A stretch of 64,000 nucleotides of DNA from Bacteroidales bacterium. Lineage in GTDB: Bacteria > Bacteroidota > Bacteroidia > Bacteroidales > UBA932. Every line of letters begins with the position of its first letter. Position 1 is the first letter of the stretch. Shown here one piece after another: positions 56,421 through 64,000 of the stretch. The translations under genes were made by a program, and so were the position numbers. The notes under the pieces were generated by a model. The model saw nothing but the letters and a program-made list of their open reading frames with translations. It made no database searches and was not told where the DNA came from. The stretch covers positions 6,401 to 70,400 of the forward strand of contig JALCMW010000011.1 of the NCBI GenBank assembly GCA_022648685.1, written 5' to 3'.

Positions 56421-58556
56421 TTAATCTTTGGAAATATACGTCTTTCCGATCAACGATTTCAAGACATCGGGATTATTGGTCGTTATAAAATCCACCCCGG
56501 CAGAAATATACTTGAGCATTTCCTGTGAATCGTCAACTGTCCAGACATTGACAAACACGCCTTTCTGCCGGGCTTCGGTAATCCAGTCAGGACGATTTGT
56601 CAAAACTGAAGAACTGTAATCGATGCCTTTTATTCCGTCGGCAAGAACTGTGGAAGGAGACTTGTCCCCGTTTAAGTACATTACGACAGCGTCAGGCTTT
56701 GCAGCAAGAATCCTTTTGCAGTTGTCGTAATCGAATGCGATATAAACCATCCGGTCATCCATTCCAGCCGCTGTCACGGCAGTCATTACCGAATCCACTA
56801 CCCTGTTGTTGTCAGCCCTTAGCGTATGCGTTTTTATTTCCAGAATTAGTTTTGTCGTAGTGCTTTTCTTCCCCTGTTCCAGGAAATCGGCCAAAGTAGG
56901 AAGTTTTTCGCCGTTGGAAAGTGTGATATCTTTTATGTCATCGTAAGCCGAATTCTCGATACGCTTGGAATCAGCACCCACAGTTGCGTTATGATTTACG
57001 ACGACAACTCCGTCGGTGGTAATCCACACATCGAATTCGGATCCGTAAACTCCCAGTTCCTGAGCCTTCCCGAGAGCTTCCACAGAATTCTCTGCAGCTC
57101 CTGTCGTATGATAACCCCTGTGAGCTATGACTTTCGTATTCCCTATATTTACCGGATTGTCTGTAACTGTCATGGAAACGGAACCAAGAGGATATTGCAA
57201 ACCTGCCCTTTTTAGCATTATCCTGTAATCCCCTGATACGAAACCTGCCGGTATTGCAGCTTTGATGAACCCGCTTCCGGTAACCGTGGCACATTCGAAT
57301 TTGGAATTTTCATTCGAAAGGGATTCCAATTCTATCGAATCTCCCGATTTGAAACCGGAACCGTATATGTAATATTTATATGACTCAGCTATCTGGCACT
57401 GGGTAAGGAAAGAGATATCACTGATATTGACGGATCCGGAAGGTTGATCGATCTTGACTGCATCATACAGAGCTTTGACCTGACCGGCAGTCAATGGATC
57501 ATCATAGACACGGGCCAACACTATGTCGCCTTTCCATGCAGCTTCCCCGCCGCCCGTCCCTGCATCGGCTCCGATTCCGAACCAATAGCAATCCGTCGAA
57601 GACGGAGGGACGAAAGACCCCGAAGCGGTCTGAGTCCCTTTAAGTTCACCATCCACGTATATATATGTTTTTCCGGCTTCTTTGTTCCATACGCCTACGG
57701 CATGGTAATAACGGCCGGCCTCAGGATTTATGCCGCTTCCAGTCCATATCCAGTTCGATGAACCGGAAGTGCTCACATTTGGAAGAAAAGTCAGCTGTGT
57801 TCCTCTTGATGCTTTGGAAATAAGAAATCCGGTCCCGCCGCTTTGCATGGCACTGAACATTTTGATTTCGGAACTGCCGGAAGATTTTTGATCCGCCCGG
57901 AAAAGGATCTCGAGGGAATGTCCGTCTGCAAGACCGTTTATAAACTTGGATGATGAAGAATAATCCGCCTTATAGTAGCCTTCCGAAATCTCCTCCCCTG
58001 GAGTATGATTGAAATGCGATATATATCTGGAATATAAATCACTGTAATAGTTCACCATTGAAGCCCCGGGAACTTCGGTCACTGATATATCGTTTCCGGA
58101 AATATCGTAAGCGCTGCCGTCGTTAAAAAATTTGACATTCAGCAAATCCGCCTTGGGAACGTCCTCAGGCTCCGAACTTCCGTCCGATGCAGCCTGGGAA
58201 ATGGAAAGGTCATACTTGAGTGATCCTGCCGTAAAAGAAACGGCCCCGGTTCTGACGGATTTTTCGGCATTGGCGGAAACGGCGATCTTAAGCTGCGCAG
58301 CTCCGGATTTGCCGGAAGCAGGGGTCACGTTTATCCACGACACATTGCTTGCAAGAGTCCATGCCACATTCGAATATGCCCTTATGACGGTTTCCGAAGA
58401 ATCTTTGGATACCGAAAGGCTCTTCAGCGTTTCACCGCTTTGATCATATAAATTGAATTCAGGGCTTACTTCCTTATCCGTGTCTCCCGAACATGAATTT
58501 AAAAAACCGGCAAACAGACTTATGACTGCAATTAAAGGCAAAAAATGTTTTTTCAT
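56421..58556 (-). CDS. Surface lipoprotein: BACON, LamG/ConA-like domain, Ig-like linker and glycerophosphodiester phosphodiesterase (GDPD)
   Basis: Lipobox LNSC followed by SGDTDKE; BACON (SNVAWTLASNVSWINVTPASG); LamG (YHAVGVWN...YIYVDGE...DIVLARVYDDPLT); GDPD (VIAHRG, EFDVWITTDGVVVVNH, ILEIK, VNVWTVDD, VDFITTNNP). Confidence 0.88.
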   Translation of the reverse strand: MKKHFLPLIAVISLFAGFLNSCSGDTDKEVSPEFNLYDQSGETLKSLSVSKDSSETVIRAYSNVAWTLASNVSWINVTPASGKSGAAQLKIAVSANAEKSVRTGAVSFTAGSLKYDLSISQAASDGSSEPEDVPKADLLNVKFFNDGSAYDISGNDISVTEVPGASMVNYYSDLYSRYISHFNHTPGEEISEGYYKADYSSSSKFINGLADGHSLEILFRADQKSSGSSEIKMFSAMQSGGTGFLISKASRGTQLTFLPNVSTSGSSNWIWTGSGINPEAGRYYHAVGVWNKEAGKTYIYVDGELKGTQTASGSFVPPSSTDCYWFGIGADAGTGGGEAAWKGDIVLARVYDDPLTAGQVKALYDAVKIDQPSGSVNISDISFLTQCQIAESYKYYIYGSGFKSGDSIELESLSNENSKFECATVTGSGFIKAAIPAGFVSGDYRIMLKRAGLQYPLGSVSMTVTDNPVNIGNTKVIAHRGYHTTGAAENSVEALGKAQELGVYGSEFDVWITTDGVVVVNHNATVGADSKRIENSAYDDIKDITLSNGEKLPTLADFLEQGKKSTTTKLILEIKTHTLRADNNRVVDSVMTAVTAAGMDDRMVYIAFDYDNCKRILAAKPDAVVMYLNGDKSPSTVLADGIKGIDYSSSVLTNRPDWITEARQKGVFVNVWTVDDSQEMLKYISAGVDFITTNNPDVLKSLIGKTYISKD

Positions 58557-58569
58557 ATTTATTCAATTA

Positions 58570-58609
58570 AAGAGACAGGGGAAGCAAATATACTCTTTCC
58601 CTGCCTCTT
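58570..58609 (-). promoter_or_regulatory. Intergenic stem-loop whose loop contains a TAnnTTTG box
   Basis: - strand stem AAGAGGCAGGG/CCCTGTCTCTT; loop contains TATATTTG (58585-58592), about 29 nt upstream of the GDPD start. Confidence 0.45.
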
Positions 58610-58637
58610 AAACATATAATCTCAGATCAACAAACAA

Positions 58638-60530
58638 TTAATATCCGGGATTTTGTACGAGATTCGGATTAATATTTATCTGATCCTGAGGAATGGCCAG
58701 CCAATAATTCCTCGGACTCTTGAAAGTCCTCGTCTGCGTTCCTTCATATACATCGGTCAGTTTATAAAAATCCTGTGCCGTAGTACCTGCCAGATTCCAG
58801 CCTTTCGGTGTTTTCTGTATATAATCACCGGCAAGTTTCCAACGGCGGAGATCAAAATACCAACGGCCTTCGAAAACGAATTCGCTCATACGTTCCTGCC
58901 TTATCGCATTGATAAGCTTTGTTCCTGTAGGAGTTCCCCCGGCCATCGCCCAAGATGTTTCGAAATTTGGAAGACCTGCACGATTCCTTACCTTATTGAG
59001 ATATTCAAGGCCTTTGGCCGAAAGACTTCCGTAATATTCCGCTTCGGCTTCCGCATAGTCCAGACACACTTCGGCGAATCTGATATAAGGATAAGAATAT
59101 TTATTGTATGTGAATGTTTTGCTTGATACGGTGTAGGAATCGGATTTCGACACCCATTTCTTCACATAATATCCTGTGCATGTCTGATATTCATTATTAA
59201 GTATACCGTCATTCTGCTGTTCTTCGCCTCTCCGGCAATGAAGGACCATAGTACCTCCATTCAGATCGTAATCACCTCTGTCATAGCCTATCGCAGCATA
59301 AAAACGAGGTTCACGATTTCTATGCAAAAGAACGGTGCTGTCACCGGAAGCTATGGAATAAAGATCCAGATTCTTTGTTTCGGGATCGACATCCATAGGA
59401 AGACCGTTTTTGGACAAGAAAACATCGACAGCATCCATTGTAGGCACGAAATAGCCTCTGAAACCGGCTGAGTTATACGAACTGTATCCGGTTCTCGGAG
59501 CCATGTTTTTCGTATTATAAGCTATGCTGCGCTGATTGTTATATGAGAACAAATCTTCCACATTATTATAGAAAGACGAAGAGCCGTCAGGTCCTATGAA
59601 GGCAGCACGGTAATTATCATACCCGCGCTGGAAGTCATCGCTTCCTGATGATGAGACTTCATAAAGTTTATACCCGTCTGCTTCACCTTCCTCTATGGCA
59701 TCTTCAGCAGCATCCATGGCTTTCTTCCATAATTCCTTGTCATAAGTCTGCGGAATAAGATGCGTACCGTCGGGATTTACGAAGTTAGAATACCATTCGG
59801 AATTCCCGTTTATCTGAGGAGAAGCGGCATACAGCCAGAGCCTTGCCTTCAAGGCCTTTGCAAGGACTTTCGTAGCCCTACCGTAATACAATGGATCCTG
59901 GACCTTCGGAAGGTATTCCGCAGCCTTGTCATACATATCAGATATGAATTGAACGCATTCCATATAAGTAGAACGCGGGACATTGAGCTCCTCATTGGCC
60001 GACAATTCGTGATCGACAATTATTACAGGACCATAATATTCAAGCAATGTATGATGAAGATAGGCAATAGCCCAATAAGCTTCCCCTTTCCACATGCTTT
60101 TTTCTTCATCTGTAGCATCCGGAACATTATCGGCATTCGCGATTATATTGTATGCATTGCGGATGCCTTCCCACAAACGGTAGCTTGTAAGCGCCCCTGA
60201 AGGATAATTATTCGCGGACTGGGACCACATGGCAACATAGGTATTCGAAGGTGTTTCCATATTGTCGAACACCATGCTCTTCCATTTGAAATATCTCACT
60301 GAACCGTAGAAGCCGGACATCATGTCCCCTCCGCAGATTTCCAATGAAGACTGGAAATAAAACCGGTTAGGCATATACCAGTACAGGGAAGAAACGAACT
60401 GATCCGTTTGTATATGTGTTTTATACAAGTCGTCTATGGTAGCCTTCCCTTCCGGAACAACATCGAGGAAATTGCAGGATGTAACTGACAATCCCAACAC
60501 CAATGCCATTATTATAAATATCTTTTTCAT
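58638..60530 (-). CDS. RagB/SusD-family lipoprotein
   Basis: Lipobox VTSC; KGEAYWAIAYLHHTLLEYYGPV; YIRFAEVCLDYAEA; RQERMSEFVFEGRWYFDLRRW; NPNLVQNPGY. Confidence 0.95.
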   Translation of the reverse strand: MKKIFIIMALVLGLSVTSCNFLDVVPEGKATIDDLYKTHIQTDQFVSSLYWYMPNRFYFQSSLEICGGDMMSGFYGSVRYFKWKSMVFDNMETPSNTYVAMWSQSANNYPSGALTSYRLWEGIRNAYNIIANADNVPDATDEEKSMWKGEAYWAIAYLHHTLLEYYGPVIIVDHELSANEELNVPRSTYMECVQFISDMYDKAAEYLPKVQDPLYYGRATKVLAKALKARLWLYAASPQINGNSEWYSNFVNPDGTHLIPQTYDKELWKKAMDAAEDAIEEGEADGYKLYEVSSSGSDDFQRGYDNYRAAFIGPDGSSSFYNNVEDLFSYNNQRSIAYNTKNMAPRTGYSSYNSAGFRGYFVPTMDAVDVFLSKNGLPMDVDPETKNLDLYSIASGDSTVLLHRNREPRFYAAIGYDRGDYDLNGGTMVLHCRRGEEQQNDGILNNEYQTCTGYYVKKWVSKSDSYTVSSKTFTYNKYSYPYIRFAEVCLDYAEAEAEYYGSLSAKGLEYLNKVRNRAGLPNFETSWAMAGGTPTGTKLINAIRQERMSEFVFEGRWYFDLRRWKLAGDYIQKTPKGWNLAGTTAQDFYKLTDVYEGTQTRTFKSPRNYWLAIPQDQININPNLVQNPGY

Positions 60531-60544
60531 GTTTTTCCGTTATT

Positions 60545-63500
60545 TTAGAATTTATACTGAATTCCGATCTTGTATGTACGTTGCAGCGGATAAGAAAGGC
60601 CGTTGCCGTTTGTACCGCTGGTACCGTTCCCAACTTCCGGATCCCAATATTTGAAAGGGGAAATGGTAAAAAGATTGCTGCCGGAAACATAAAGCCTGAA
60701 ACTTTTGAAAGAATATCCTATTTCAGCCGTTTTCAGACGAATATAATTCGCCTTGCGAAGAAAGAACGTCGAAGCCTGGGTATTGTTGTCGCTCGCTACG
60801 GAAGTAAGACGCGGATAACCTGCATCGGTATTATTGTTATCCCAGGACCAGTGGTCGTCGGCGATATATTGCATGATACCGAATCCGAAATTGGATGTCG
60901 TGCAGAAAGGGTTATTGTTGAACATGCGAACCTGATAACGGCCGGTTCCCTGGAACATTATGCTCAAATCCCATTTTTTATATCTGATATTTCCGCCGAA
61001 CCCATATTCAACTTCGGGAATATAAGGAATATCGTTCCATACGAAATCGTTTGCATTTATTTTTCCGTCATGATTGACATCCTTATATTTGATATCTCCT
61101 ACTGAGTAGGAACCGAATTCCTGTTCCGGACTCTTATCTATTTCTTCCTGGGAAGTGAACAGTCCCTCGGCAATAAGGACTTGATGCGCCTGCATAGGAT
61201 GTCCTATCTTTGAAAGATTTTTGTTGGTATCGTCATATTCGGGTTCATCCATGGCCTTCACTTCATTGTGGGCATAGGTGAAAGTCCCTCTCAATCCGAA
61301 TGAAAGATCTTGGTTTACAACTTTATTGTAGGCCAGGGACATGTCCACACCCCGGTTATCCACTTTTCCAAGATTGCCATAAGGTACAGTCGCACCCATA
61401 CCGGCAGTAGCAGACAAAGATTGCCTTTGCATGAATATATTATAACGATGTTCGTAGAAAACATCTCCGGTAAAAGTCAAGTCTTTGAAAAGCGTGAGAT
61501 CGATTCCGGCATTGAATTTATTTGCTATTTCCCATGTCGCATCTTCGTTTCCGTAAGTGTCTATATAGCCGGCGCCTCTGAAAGCAAATGAGTTACCGAA
61601 ATAATATCCCCGGCTGTCCATACTTACAGATGTAAGATAAGGGAAACGGACGGCGAGGGCATCGTTGCCGACTTTTCCATAGGATGCTCTCAGTTTCAGA
61701 TTGGTAACGGCCTTTTTCATGGATTTGAAGAATTTTTCATTGGAAATAGTCCATCCCAAAGCGACAGAAGGGAAAAAACCGAATCTTTTGCCGGGAGCGA
61801 AGTTTTCCGAACCGTTATAACCGAAATTGGCTTCCATATAATATCTTTTGTCAAAGTTATAGGTCAGACGGCCGGCAAGTCCCTGTTCCCTGAAAGGAAG
61901 AAGCTTTTCCTCATCAGCCCCCATTGCGTTATTGACTTTTTCTTTCATATGATACACGAAATCGGCGCCTGTGGAATGCTTCCCGAACGATCTGGCATAA
62001 TTCAAAGACCCTTGTACCGACCATTCATGATAACCTGCATGGGAAACGGAACTCGTAAGATACGTATTTCCTTCCTGACCTATCGAAGAAGAGGTGAAAT
62101 TGTATGTTCCGTCTTCATTGATGGAATAATCGTCATCGACTTTGAAATAATATGGAGTCATGTAACGGTTGGTGGAAGCATAAGAATAATTATAGAACGA
62201 AGCCAGGGCTTTAGCCTTCAATCCTTTGGTCAGCATGCTCAGATCCTGGTCGATACTCAGTATGGCAGTCATGTAAGAATAGAAACGGTCTTTGTATCCG
62301 TCACTCATCCGTGCATATGGATTCAGTTCAGTAAGACCTGTATCCCATGAATTATTGTTACCGTAACGGACGAATGTGTCACCGTCCTCAGCAGGAAGGA
62401 CAGCAGGGAATCTTGCAGGATTAGCCCTCATGACCCAATAGAACAAATCACCGGTGGATTCATACGGAGTATGATTGTACTGGATCTGCATATTCAGCTT
62501 CATTGTGACTTTAGTAGTATTCGTCACCATTGTGGATACATTGCTCTGGAACAGATATTTCTTATTGTTCATCCTGATATCCAATGGAGATTCGCTTGGT
62601 TTTTTTAAAATTCCATTTTCATTGAAAATTGAAGCATTGAGGAAATAATTGACTTTCGATCCTCCTCCCCTTATGGATATATTCAGCCGCTGGTTCATCG
62701 CATAATCCTTGAACAACATGGAATACCAGTCATTGTCGGGAAAAATATAAGGATTGAGATGATTCCTTGTCCCTTCTATCTTTTCAGACGAATAAAAAGG
62801 GACATAAGCAGTTCCGGCAGCCCTTGCGTCATTATACTTGGCTTCATTGTACAATTCCATATATGAAACGGCATTGGCAACTTTCTGGACCTTGGTAGGC
62901 GTCGAGACTGTATTGTCAAAAGTAATGCTTACATTAAGTTTCTCGGAATTACGCCCTTCTTTTGTCGTGATGATGACAACGCCGTTGGCTCCCCGTGAGC
63001 CGTAAAGGGCGGTTGCAGTGGCATCTTTCAAAATGGACATAGATTCGATGGATTCCGGAGAAATATTACCAAGCATGCTGGAAGTTATCTCTACTCCGTC
63101 AAGGACTATCAGGGCACCCGTATTCGACCCGAATGTGGATATACCCCTGACGTAGAAATTAGCTCCGTCGTAGCCCGGTTCTCCGGAAGACTGCGTAGCG
63201 ATTACACCGGCTATGTTGCCGGCAAAAGATGTTGTGAGGTTACTTGATGTCGTTACAAGTTCGGAAGGCTTGATGGCCTGGACGGCCCCGACGACAGATT
63301 CCTTTTTCTGGGTACCGAACCCGACGACTACAACACCGTCAAGAGATGACTTCTGGATAATCATGGTTACGAGAGTAAACAGATACTCATCTTTGACGTC
63401 AATGTCCTTTTCATCATATCCCAGCAGCTGGAATACTACCGTCTTTGCGGAAGAAGGAACACTGATCGAATACTCACCCTTCGAGTTAGTAGTGGTCACT

Positions 63501-63691
63501 ATTTTGTTATTATCCTTTACATGAATAACCACACCGGCAAGCGGTGCATTGTCATCCGAACTGATGACAACTCCTTTCAATGTCTTATACTGGCCGTCCT
63601 GCCCGGTATACGACGGCGAAGCGAACACACTTATCACGCATAAGCATAATAAAGCGGCTGTGAAGAACGCTTTTGCTTGAATTTTTTTCAT
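60545..63691 (-). CDS. SusC/RagA TonB-dependent transporter
   Basis: VVVVGFGTQKK; SILKDATATALYGSRGANGVVIITTK; GYNGSENF; YPLQRTYKIGIQYKF. Confidence 0.96.
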   Translation of the reverse strand: MKKIQAKAFFTAALLCLCVISVFASPSYTGQDGQYKTLKGVVISSDDNAPLAGVVIHVKDNNKIVTTTNSKGEYSISVPSSAKTVVFQLLGYDEKDIDVKDEYLFTLVTMIIQKSSLDGVVVVGFGTQKKESVVGAVQAIKPSELVTTSSNLTTSFAGNIAGVIATQSSGEPGYDGANFYVRGISTFGSNTGALIVLDGVEITSSMLGNISPESIESMSILKDATATALYGSRGANGVVIITTKEGRNSEKLNVSITFDNTVSTPTKVQKVANAVSYMELYNEAKYNDARAAGTAYVPFYSSEKIEGTRNHLNPYIFPDNDWYSMLFKDYAMNQRLNISIRGGGSKVNYFLNASIFNENGILKKPSESPLDIRMNNKKYLFQSNVSTMVTNTTKVTMKLNMQIQYNHTPYESTGDLFYWVMRANPARFPAVLPAEDGDTFVRYGNNNSWDTGLTELNPYARMSDGYKDRFYSYMTAILSIDQDLSMLTKGLKAKALASFYNYSYASTNRYMTPYYFKVDDDYSINEDGTYNFTSSSIGQEGNTYLTSSVSHAGYHEWSVQGSLNYARSFGKHSTGADFVYHMKEKVNNAMGADEEKLLPFREQGLAGRLTYNFDKRYYMEANFGYNGSENFAPGKRFGFFPSVALGWTISNEKFFKSMKKAVTNLKLRASYGKVGNDALAVRFPYLTSVSMDSRGYYFGNSFAFRGAGYIDTYGNEDATWEIANKFNAGIDLTLFKDLTFTGDVFYEHRYNIFMQRQSLSATAGMGATVPYGNLGKVDNRGVDMSLAYNKVVNQDLSFGLRGTFTYAHNEVKAMDEPEYDDTNKNLSKIGHPMQAHQVLIAEGLFTSQEEIDKSPEQEFGSYSVGDIKYKDVNHDGKINANDFVWNDIPYIPEVEYGFGGNIRYKKWDLSIMFQGTGRYQVRMFNNNPFCTTSNFGFGIMQYIADDHWSWDNNNTDAGYPRLTSVASDNNTQASTFFLRKANYIRLKTAEIGYSFKSFRLYVSGSNLFTISPFKYWDPEVGNGTSGTNGNGLSYPLQRTYKIGIQYKF

Positions 63692-63711
63692 AAGTCGAAT
63701 ATTGAGAATTT

Positions 63712-64000
63712 TTAGTTTCTGATAACTTTAATATGGCCTGCAAAATTATACAGGTAAAGAGCTTTGGCCTGATCTGCCGTCAATGGACCGCCATATACCC
63801 TGGCTATCGGGATATCGCCATACCAACCGCCATTGAGAGACGTCTGCGAACTTTGATTGCCGCCTATCGCAAAATAATTGCTTGGAGATAACGTCCCGTA
63901 TCTCAAGTCATCGGTAAGGCCTGTAAGTTCGGCTTTCTTTTCTCCGTCAAGATACACGCATGCCACCCCGGTAGTCTTATCCCATGTACCTATTATATGA
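63712..64000 (-). CDS. C-terminal LamG/ConA-like domain of a gene that begins beyond the right edge
   Basis: The frame is open to the window end: HIIGTWDKTTGVACVYLDG...FAIGGN...WYGDIPIARVYGGPLTADQAKALY, similar to the LamG domain of the GDPD protein. Confidence 0.8.
   Translation of the reverse strand, partial: HIIGTWDKTTGVACVYLDGEKKAELTGLTDDLRYGTLSPSNYFAIGGNQSSQTSLNGGWYGDIPIARVYGGPLTADQAKALYLYNFAGHIKVIRN

Noticed and set aside
1-64000. Visibly frequent CCGG/TCCGGA words
   Set aside because: Not counted, and adequately explained by codon usage (CCG-Pro, TCC-Ser and GGA-Gly); no spacing pattern was seen.

Overview
Bacteroidales-type chromosomal window (inferred from SusC/SusD pairs, TAnnTTTG promoters and a long S16). 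It is mostly densely coding. Left to right: (1) an ECF-sigma/FecR/STN-SusC/SusD signalling PUL cut by the left edge; (2) a ptb-buk-metX operon; (3) a MacAB-TolC-like ABC export operon; (4) a ~22 kb alpha-mannan-type PUL with GH76, GH92, GH38, SusC/D, DUF3823 and a membrane one-component regulator, which also carries two poorly understood enzymes (a 718-aa GH42-like protein I cannot place in a family, and a 'glutaminase A'/DUF4965 six-hairpin protein), with queH translationally coupled to GH38; (5) a ferredoxin / membrane protein / ECF sigma / NhaC-family cassette and feoAB; (6) a ~1.65 kb essentially non-coding island just downstream of tRNA-Leu(GAG), containing a degenerate 9/28-bp tandem repeat, several hairpins whose G-U pairs favour the + strand, a ~210-nt closed multi-stem element, and an inverted repeat / palindrome / 3 x 50-bp repeat complex; (7) rpsP-rimM; (8) DUF4465, DUF4254, GT9 and DUF975; (9) GH20 plus a four-gene KS / dehydratase / FAD-oxidoreductase / FabG mini-cluster of aryl-polyene/flexirubin type; (10) a SusC/D locus with a surface BACON-LamG-GDPD phosphodiesterase, cut by the right edge. 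I found no CRISPR array, rRNA, integrase or transposase. All family calls come from motif recognition by eye; no database searches were run. The best novelty candidates are the unclassified enzymes of the mannan PUL, the non-coding island beside tRNA-Leu, the minimal elongation-cycle cluster and the GDPD locus.
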